A stretch of 41,868 bases of DNA from a virus (taxonomy: Duplodnaviria > Caudoviricetes): IMG/VR virus record IMGVR_UViG_3300045242_000062, positions 1 through 41,868 of that record; one strand, given 5' to 3'. Below are positions 35,711 through 41,868 of this stretch, one piece after another. The translations under genes and the position numbers were made by a program. How positions within the stretch are numbered: the first letter of the stretch is position 1; every line of letters begins with the position of its first letter. The notes beneath the pieces are model-generated. The model was given only the letters and a program-made list of their open reading frames with translations, was not told the DNA's origin and searched no databases.

Positions 35711-35887
35711 ATGAAAGCCTTCCGCATCTTCCGCAACCATTATTTGTGCGACGCCTGCCCGAACGAATGGAGCGACGAAGCGATGGTTGTAGCGCCGGCA
35801 TATTGCCCGTGCTGCGATGCCAAGACCGAGCCTTACGACAGCACCGCGCTGCTTGAGGATGTCACTGTGACCGAGGAGATTGAGTGA
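35711..35887 (+). CDS. 58-aa Zn-ribbon protein
   Basis: YLCDACPNEW...YCPCCD; acidic tail; coupled to next gene. Confidence 0.7.
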   Translation: MKAFRIFRNHYLCDACPNEWSDEAMVVAPAYCPCCDAKTEPYDSTALLEDVTVTEEIE

Positions 35888-36126
35888 TGGACGAGGAGAT
35901 GAAGCGCCATCTGGAAGCTATGGAAGGTCGCCTGATGGCCCGCATCAACGACGTGCTGTTGCGGCTGGTAGATGTGCGAGCCGATGTGCGCAACCTACGC
36001 AGCGAGCACAGCGTAACGCGAGACCTGGTGACAGCTTTGCCGGCAACGGTGCTCGGCGCGATTGAGAAGCCACTACTACAGCGCATCACGGACATTGAGA
36101 CCCGCGTCACGAAACTAGAACCATGA
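35887..36126 (+). CDS. Small coiled-coil protein
   Basis: GAGGAG RBS; heptads; ends RITDIETRVTKLE. Confidence 0.75.
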   Translation: MDEEMKRHLEAMEGRLMARINDVLLRLVDVRADVRNLRSEHSVTRDLVTALPATVLGAIEKPLLQRITDIETRVTKLEP

Positions 36127-36329
36127 CCCCTACTGAGTTCACCGCGGCGCTCGATGTGCTGGGCTGGTCAAAGCGAGAGCTGGTCCGGCACATCAAGTGC
36201 GACACCAACCTGCCACTCGCATGGGAACGCGGTGAGGTTGAGATCCCGCCGCGCATCGAGGCATGGCTTACGAAGCTGGCACAGTTTCATCTGAAACATC
36301 CGCCGCCGACTGACTGGCGCGTGCGGTAG
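36123..36329 (+). CDS. HTH DNA-binding protein
   Basis: MTPTEFTAALDVLGWSKRELVRHI...AWERGEVEIPPRIEAWL. Confidence 0.75.
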   Translation: MTPTEFTAALDVLGWSKRELVRHIKCDTNLPLAWERGEVEIPPRIEAWLTKLAQFHLKHPPPTDWRVR

Positions 36330-36333
36330 GCGA

Positions 36334-36636
36334 TCATTCGTCCACCTCGGCGTCGATCATCAGCAATGCTGGTGATTCCAATGATGGATCGGGCGCATCG
36401 AGCCAGCGGAAGTCGATTGCGAGAGCGCCGCCGTTTTCGCCTGTGAGCTGCATGGGCAGCACTTTGCCGAGCAACGACATGAACGCGACTGGTGTGTCGA
36501 TCGCGCGTGCGGCGAGATATTCGCGTCCACCGGCATCATCGAGGGCGCCAAGGATCATGGCCTTGAGGTCGGCGTTGAGTTTGTTCGGAACGCCGACCTT
36601 GCGACCGGACCCTTCACGCCTTCCACCACGCGGCAT
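36334..36636 (-). CDS. Terminase small subunit (probable)
   Basis: GGRREGSGRKVGVPNK...AFMSLLGKVLP...LTGENGG; upstream of terL. Confidence 0.75.
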   Translation of the reverse strand: MPRGGRREGSGRKVGVPNKLNADLKAMILGALDDAGGREYLAARAIDTPVAFMSLLGKVLPMQLTGENGGALAIDFRWLDAPDPSLESPALLMIDAEVDE

Positions 36637-36670
36637 TGATAGATCAGTCCATTTTTTCAGACAGATGTGG

Positions 36671-37297
36671 TCACTCTCGCGCTATGAGACAGTCGGTTGC
36701 AACCGCAACCTCGCGCATCGCGCCGAAGCACATCACACCGACCAACGTGCGCCCGTCGCGTGTGCCGATCACCACGGCGTCATGACCGCGCATTGGGCCA
36801 GCGGCGAGCCTGCAGGCGGTGCCTGGTGGCCACGACGTGCGCCCGTCATCGACGCTGCGTCGCGCCGCCTGTGTGGCCTGGAGCGCTTCCACAACGCCAT
36901 GGGGCACGGGGTATGGCTGGTGGGTATCGGTGGTGAACAGGCGGAACACTCCTGGGGTATTACGGATTGGCCCCCACTCGGTGGTCGATGCATCGAACCG
37001 GACGAAGCCGTAGGACGGGAACAGTGGCACTTCGACTTCGTGCCAGAGCGACCAGATGACGCGATCACGGCGGCTGACGGTGACGAATGGCAGCCACGCT
37101 TCGTAGCCCTGCTGGAGGAGGTGAGCGGTGGCGCGGCGTTCGGCCTGGGGGTAGGTTGCGAAGACGTGCCAGCGTGGGCCACGACGGCTACCGCTAAGCG
37201 TAGGGGCCACAACGCGGGCTGGCCCCATAGCCTGTGGCCGGGGATCTAACCCGGTATGTGGTTGCCTGTCAACGATGGCGTGAGCGACGGCGTTCAT
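36671..37297 (-). CDS. NusG/RfaH-like antitermination factor
   Basis: WHVFATYPQAE...PLFPSYGFVRFD...IRNTPGV (NGN domain); GPMRGHDAVV (KOW-like). Confidence 0.85.
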   Translation of the reverse strand: MNAVAHAIVDRQPHTGLDPRPQAMGPARVVAPTLSGSRRGPRWHVFATYPQAERRATAHLLQQGYEAWLPFVTVSRRDRVIWSLWHEVEVPLFPSYGFVRFDASTTEWGPIRNTPGVFRLFTTDTHQPYPVPHGVVEALQATQAARRSVDDGRTSWPPGTACRLAAGPMRGHDAVVIGTRDGRTLVGVMCFGAMREVAVATDCLIARE

Positions 37298-37608
37298 TCC
37301 GCGCCGTCCTTTGGCGCCAGGCCAGCGGCCCTGAGAGCGTGCTGAGCGCCGTCTGGGCACATGGCCTGCTCTAGATACCCGAGCGGCTGGTTGCCGGCCT
37401 GTAGCGCGCTCTGACGGGCGGCGTGGGCCTCCCTGAGTTCGCCCTCGACATCGAGTGCGGTGCTGGCGGTCTCGATCTGGCGTGCGAGGCGGTGGGCGTG
37501 GGTTGCGGCGGCGGTATTGGTGTCGGCGGCCTGTGCGTCGGCCATCAGCAGGAGGCTGGCGGCTTCGGCGACGAGGCGGAGGAGGTCGCGTTCGGTGTTG
37601 GTCACCAC
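37294..37608 (-). CDS. Hypothetical protein
   Basis: Coupled ORF within the operon; Ala-rich helical. Confidence 0.6.
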   Translation of the reverse strand: MVTNTERDLLRLVAEAASLLLMADAQAADTNTAAATHAHRLARQIETASTALDVEGELREAHAARQSALQAGNQPLGYLEQAMCPDGAQHALRAAGLAPKDGAE

Positions 37609-37766
37609 ACGCCGCCGCGGAAGATCAGGAACACGATCACGACCAGCAGCACGAGGCCGAGGCCGCCGCCGTAGCCCCAGCCGGGGCCGTAGGCGCCGTG
37701 GAGGTAGTAACCGCCGCCGCCACCGAACAGCAGCAGCAGCACGACCAGGAGCACGATCAGGCCCAT
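37602..37766 (-). CDS. DUF3309-like small membrane protein
   Basis: MGLIVLLVVLLLLFGGGGYYLHGAYGPGWGYGGGLGLVLLVVIVFLIFRGGVW; GGAGA RBS. Confidence 0.75.
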   Translation of the reverse strand: MGLIVLLVVLLLLFGGGGGYYLHGAYGPGWGYGGGLGLVLLVVIVFLIFRGGVW

Positions 37767-38353
37767 CAGGCGGTCTCCCACATCAGCGATAGTTGGACCG
37801 GGACACCAGTAGGGATCAGGCTGTTAGCCTCCCATTCCCGCCAAAACCGCAGCTTCCTGGCCCACATCTCCGGCGAGGAGTCCGACTTCGATTGATTGCA
37901 TGTCTGGCAACACGGCTGGGTGTTTGTTTCGAGGTAAGGTGCCTCGCGTGGGTTGATGATATCCATCGTCACGTCACTTGGGCCATTCCGCATGCTGCTG
38001 TATGGCCTACGGCAATAAATGCAGGTGTTTTCATAGGCGTGGCGCAAGAGATGCGCGACCCGCTCGATATCCCAGCCATACGCCTCGGTCATTTTCGCCG
38101 CGGTGATTTGATACCGCATGGCATGGTGTTTGATTGTGGAACGGGCCTTGGCAATGAAAGGCTCGACCTTCTTCAACCCGTCGCGTGCTGTCTGTTCACA
38201 GCCGATGCAGGTCGAGTGGGTTTCGCCACCAGCTATAGCTAGTGGCAACCGAGAGCGTCTGACGTGGGCTTTTCTAAACGCCACCTCGCGATCGTATCTG
38301 CCTCGGCATTTGATGCACTTCTGCCGAGCCGGATCGTCGCATACGAACCTCAT
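37766..38353 (-). CDS. Cys-rich HNH-like endonuclease
   Basis: CIKC, CIGC, CIYC...DVTMDIINP...NTQPCCQTCNQSK; lower GC than neighbours. Confidence 0.7.
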   Translation of the reverse strand: MRFVCDDPARQKCIKCRGRYDREVAFRKAHVRRSRLPLAIAGGETHSTCIGCEQTARDGLKKVEPFIAKARSTIKHHAMRYQITAAKMTEAYGWDIERVAHLLRHAYENTCIYCRRPYSSMRNGPSDVTMDIINPREAPYLETNTQPCCQTCNQSKSDSSPEMWARKLRFWREWEANSLIPTGVPVQLSLMWETA

Positions 38354-39186
38354 GACACCGGCCCCGTCAGCGCCAACTGCCGGACCATCGACGCGGCGTG
38401 GATCTGCTCGCGGGTCAAGTAAGCCGCCTTGGGACGTGGCCGGTCATCGCACAGCGCGATCTGCTCATGCCGCGACAGCACGGCGGCTCTGGGCGGGTAA
38501 GCTTTCATCCGCAGGGCGTGGCGCATCTCGGCGAACGCCGCCCGCACCGTCGCCGGGTCAACTGGCGCATCGAGCGGGTCGGCCTCGGCCTTGGGGGGCG
38601 TGTAGCTCTGGCCACCACCGGGAGTTGCAACCCCGATAACCGGCGCCTTGGGTGGCTCCGACACCGGAGCGGCGGGCTTGCTTGCCTCTTCTCCTGAATC
38701 TTCAACCTTCGCTTGCTTGCCTTCGCGCGCGCCTACGCGCGTCTTAAGGGTCTCTTCTTGGGTACTAAAAGGGTCGGGGGGACAATTTGCCGGGGTTAGG
38801 GCCACCATTTGCCGGGGTTCGGAGCATGATTTGCCGGGGTTGGTAGGGACAATTTGCCGGGGTGGGGGGAGACTATTTGCCGGTGTACCCTGATACGAAT
38901 TGCCGGGGTGATTTGCCGGGGTGTCGGTGCGCAGGACGTGGTACCGGGTGACAAATCCATCCCTGGTTTCAGCACGTATGAGTTGTAATCCATGCAGCCG
39001 CTGGAGCGACACCCGCACCGTCCTAAGTGCCAGCCCGGTGAACTCCACGATCTTTTCCTGCCCCGGCCAGCAGACCTTTTCTCCGTTCGCCATGTCGGCC
39101 AGGTAGAGCAGCACCAGCCGGTCGGCAGGCTTGAGCTTCAGCGTCGCTCCCCGCTCCATCGCCCACGCAAATGCCGGTGCGCTCAT
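38350..39186 (-). CDS. Phage replication initiator (N-terminal winged HTH)
   Basis: RLVLLYLADMANGEKVCWPGQEKIVEFTGLALRTVRVSLQRL; internal iterons. Confidence 0.85.
   Translation of the reverse strand: MSAPAFAWAMERGATLKLKPADRLVLLYLADMANGEKVCWPGQEKIVEFTGLALRTVRVSLQRLHGLQLIRAETRDGFVTRYHVLRTDTPANHPGNSYQGTPANSLPPPRQIVPTNPGKSCSEPRQMVALTPANCPPDPFSTQEETLKTRVGAREGKQAKVEDSGEEASKPAAPVSEPPKAPVIGVATPGGGQSYTPPKAEADPLDAPVDPATVRAAFAEMRHALRMKAYPPRAAVLSRHEQIALCDDRPRPKAAYLTREQIHAASMVRQLALTGPVS
38785..38922. repeat. Seven iterons A(T/A)TTGCCGG(G/T)GT; probable replication origin
   Basis: Copies start at 38785, 38807, 38829, 38852, 38875, 38898 and 38911 (mostly 22-23 bp period). Confidence 0.85.
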
Positions 39187-39509
39187 GCCGCTATCCTCCG
39201 ACCAGAATGATCCTCACGCAGCCGGGCCAGCAGCCCTGTCGCCGCGTCGGCAAAGTCCCCACCACCCGCAATCAGGCCATCAGCCCGCCGGATGGCGTTC
39301 AAAACCGTCTTGTGATCCCGGTCGCCGAAATGCCGGCCGATCTCGGACAGCGTGTGCAGGGTGGCGTGGCGACACAGCCACATCGCCGCCTGGCGCGGCC
39401 GAGCGCTGGCCACCCCTCGGCGAGCGGACAGCAACTCCAAAACCGTGACGCGGAAGCGCGCGGCCACCGCCGCCTGGATGGCGGCGATCGTGGGACATGC
39501 GGGTGACAT
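39183..39509 (-). CDS. DnaA C-terminal-like HTH protein
   Basis: IQAAVAARFRV...ARPRQAAMWLCR...LSEIGRHFGDRDHKTVLNAIRR. Confidence 0.85.
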   Translation of the reverse strand: MSPACPTIAAIQAAVAARFRVTVLELLSARRGVASARPRQAAMWLCRHATLHTLSEIGRHFGDRDHKTVLNAIRRADGLIAGGGDFADAATGLLARLREDHSGRRIAA

Positions 39510-39676
39510 AGGCACAGCTCTCCTTGACCGGAGCCAGGGGCTGTGAGAAACAGAGGGTGTTCGTTTCCCCGTTTCCTGGCCACCCCTGGCCAGTTGATAC
39601 AGTTTCAACGCCGGTTCGATGTTGACGCATCGGCCGGCGTTTCCATTTTGAACCCGTGCGGGATTCGGCGCAACGG

Positions 39677-39973
39677 TCATGCCGCCTCCCCGTCCGCCGG
39701 GTGGTATGTAACGCTCTCCAGCACTTCGTCCGGGTCACGGGGCTCCTCCCCGTCAATCGCCGGCTGGCGATAGGTCGCGGGCACACCTGGCGCCCGGCCG
39801 ACCTCCTCGAACACTGTGACCTCGACACCATCAGGATGCCGGCGGACCTCGACGCCGTAGCGGTAGGCCCACCACGCGAGCTCGCCGAGGTAGCCGCCAT
39901 CGGGACCGGGCCGCAGCACGTTGTGCGCGATCACACGCCGCCCAGGTGGCGCAGGGGGCTTGCGCGCGGTCAT
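39677..39973 (-). CDS. Hypothetical protein
   Basis: GAGG RBS; ATGA coupling to the VRR-NUC gene. Confidence 0.6.
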   Translation of the reverse strand: MTARKPPAPPGRRVIAHNVLRPGPDGGYLGELAWWAYRYGVEVRRHPDGVEVTVFEEVGRAPGVPATYRQPAIDGEEPRDPDEVLESVTYHPADGEAA

Positions 39974-40374
39974 GACAGCCGGCCTCGCAAGGGAACGCCG
40001 ATTTCCAGCAGCGACGCCTCTACCTGTTCGACGCTGCGACATAGACACACGTCGGCCCCGGCATAGATCAGCCGGCGCTGCGTTTCCCTCTGTGCAGCGC
40101 TGACCACGCCCTTAGCGCTCTTGAGTTCAATGAAGATCGGCCGACCGGAAGCGATCACACACAGATCCGGGATGCCAGCACGAACGGCCTCGCCTTGTGC
40201 CCTGGCCCGCGCGACCTTTGATCGCATCAATCCGTTCGGCACGGCGAAATGCACGGCAGATGCCGGCAACGCGGCGGTGAGGAATTGATGGACCGCGCGC
40301 TGAAGCTGTGACTCGTCCTGTCGCCGCCTAACCCCACGCTCCGGCACCAGCGAGGCGGTGACTACGCCGCTCAT
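39970..40374 (-). CDS. VRR-NUC nuclease (PD-(D/E)xK)
   Basis: ESQLQ...FAVPNG...AGIPDL...FIELKSAKGVVSAAQ. Confidence 0.85.
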   Translation of the reverse strand: MSGVVTASLVPERGVRRRQDESQLQRAVHQFLTAALPASAVHFAVPNGLMRSKVARARAQGEAVRAGIPDLCVIASGRPIFIELKSAKGVVSAAQRETQRRLIYAGADVCLCRSVEQVEASLLEIGVPLRGRLS

Positions 40375-40826
40375 GGCAGCCGCTCCAGAATGGCCAGCTT
40401 GCGCCATTTGGTGACGCCGCAGGTGCGCCAGCCCGCGTGCTTGAAGCAACAGCCTGGATTGGTGCTGCGGATCTTGGCAGGCGCCACATACGTGTAATGC
40501 CGCTCGCCCGGCCATCGCGCATCAGCCAGGGCGTCAGCCTCGCGGATCAGTTGGGATGATAGCTCGGCCCCCTCGTTGCGGAATATCGAGCAATTCACGC
40601 CGGCTTGCCCATCGTCGCTATGGAACTTCCGCCACACGAACAGCGCGCGGGCATCGTGGCGTAGCAACACCAGCTTTTCGCCCGGCCCCACGAACAGAAG
40701 GCGCTTGCGACCGTCAGCGTAGCGATACCGGGAATAGTGGCGGTCAAAGATGGCCCGCGCGCTGTCGTCGCCGTCCAGCGTGACAACCCAGCCGGACAAC
40801 AGCATGAACGGCTGCACCGCGCTCAC
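40371..40826 (-). CDS. Putative Mom-like/GNAT-fold DNA modification protein
   Basis: DRHYS, SSQLIREA, HYTYV, NPGCCFKHAGW pattern; family assignment inferred. Confidence 0.45.
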   Translation of the reverse strand: MSAVQPFMLLSGWVVTLDGDDSARAIFDRHYSRYRYADGRKRLLFVGPGEKLVLLRHDARALFVWRKFHSDDGQAGVNCSIFRNEGAELSSQLIREADALADARWPGERHYTYVAPAKIRSTNPGCCFKHAGWRTCGVTKWRKLAILERLP

Positions 40827-41110
40827 GGCCACAGCCCCGCCGGCCAGGACCGCAGCAGCGGCGCCGTGGCGCGCTCGGCGCGGGCAACGGCTAACTCCCA
40901 CGCCAGCGCCTCGCGAGCCTGCTGCGCCTGGTGCGGCATCGGCACCGGACCTGGCTTCGGACGAGCGCCGCCGCGCTCCTTGAACAGCTTCGCCCGCACC
41001 GCCCGCTCCGTGCGGCCCAGGCCCAGCGCGATGTCCGCGTGCGACATGCCGGCGGCCTCCCGCTTACGCGCGCGGATCACCTCACCGCAGGTCCACGGGC
41101 GGGCGGTCAT
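40823..41110 (-). CDS. Small HTH protein (GcrA/Myb-like N-terminus)
   Basis: PWTCGEV...AGMSHADIALGLGRTERAVRAKL. Confidence 0.7.
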   Translation of the reverse strand: MTARPWTCGEVIRARKREAAGMSHADIALGLGRTERAVRAKLFKERGGARPKPGPVPMPHQAQQAREALAWELAVARAERATAPLLRSWPAGLWP

Positions 41111-41511
41111 GGCACGCGGCACTCCGCGCACGGGCTGAAGAGCGTGCATCTGTCCGCAGCCCATGAGATCAGGCGCGACGGCTTCGGCTTCGGATAGCTG
41201 GGCGCCCATGAAACCAGCGCCGGCAGCGGTTTCGGCGGGGGCGGCTCCTTCGGTGGCTTCAACCCATTGAACTCCGGCGGTTCAATGGTCAGCATCTCAG
41301 CGTCGAACCGGAACCATTCGCCCGTCAGCCTTAGCGCCGCGAAGTGCCGATGCAGCCACCTTTCTCGCTGCCGGCTGCCCTCAATGACGCGGAGTAGATG
41401 AAGCGGCTCAACGTGGTTGCCCTGGAGGTTCTTGCGCCTGACTTCGACGTTGCCCGTCCAGCCGATCTTGACCGGACCTGTATCGCTGACACGTATGAAA
41501 TAGACCGGCAT
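41107..41511 (-). CDS. GIY-YIG (T5orf172/MUG113-like) domain protein
   Basis: VYFI...VKIGWT...ERWLHRHFAALRLTGEWF. Confidence 0.85.
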   Translation of the reverse strand: MPVYFIRVSDTGPVKIGWTGNVEVRRKNLQGNHVEPLHLLRVIEGSRQRERWLHRHFAALRLTGEWFRFDAEMLTIEPPEFNGLKPPKEPPPPKPLPALVSWAPSYPKPKPSRLISWAADRCTLFSPCAECRVP

Positions 41512-41729
41512 CACTCTGCCGCCTCACAGCGACGCTGGACGCCGCGCGGCTTGGTGCGGTCCAGATACTCGGGAGTAAGCTCAGGGGCGAGGGCGATGAT
41601 CCGATGCCAGTGCTGCGCCGGGATGCCCCGCCGCCGCCACTTGCTCACGGTGTTCTCCTTCATGCGCAACAGCATGGCCACCCGCGTAGCCCCCCCGAGA
41701 CCGTCCAGGATTCTAGCATGCCGGTTCAT
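41511..41729 (-). CDS. Cro-like repressor
   Basis: ILDGLGGATRVAMLLRMKENTVSKWRRRGIPAQHW; first gene of the leftward operon. Confidence 0.85.
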   Translation of the reverse strand: MNRHARILDGLGGATRVAMLLRMKENTVSKWRRRGIPAQHWHRIIALAPELTPEYLDRTKPRGVQRRCEAAE

Positions 41730-41741
41730 CAGACTGCCATA

Positions 41742-41868
41742 TTCTGTGACAAGGAGTCCACTCGTCAAGGTCATGCTTGCAGTGTGGGACAAAATGTCCC
41801 ACTCTTGACACCACAAATGGCAATCGGAATTAGCGGCCTTGCCTCCTACACCATACGAGACGCAAAAG
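41742..41868. repeat. Exact terminal direct repeat (copy 2)
   Basis: Identical to 1-127. Confidence 0.95.

Overview
Apparently complete circular genome (about 41,741 bp; bases 1-127 repeat exactly at 41742-41868) of a high-GC, P22-like tailed phage, probably of an alphaproteobacterial host (inference). It has a divergent cI/cro-like switch at the contig junction and a rightward early/accessory arm (Gp157-like protein, RecT/Red-beta-like annealase, C5-methylase-like protein, PAPS-reductase family protein, many tiny ORFs). A long leftward arm encodes GIY-YIG, VRR-NUC, a DnaA-C-like HTH, a replication initiator with iterons, HNH, NusG-like protein, terminase, portal, scaffold, capsid, tail fibres/spikes, ejection proteins and a PEP-CTERM protein. 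I could not recognise an integrase, partition genes or a classical endolysin. The most unusual observations are: (1) degenerate 11-6-11 bp dif/Xer-like sites at boundaries of small accessory genes, suggesting a cassette array; (2) an intact NUMOD3-HNH gene nested antisense inside an unbroken DNA methyltransferase ORF; (3) three tandem covarying mini-pseudoknots in the capsid leader; (4) a 27-aa basic peptide gene buried in hairpins; (5) an in-frame amber codon in the repressor at the assembly junction. All product calls come from motif recognition by eye, not database searches.
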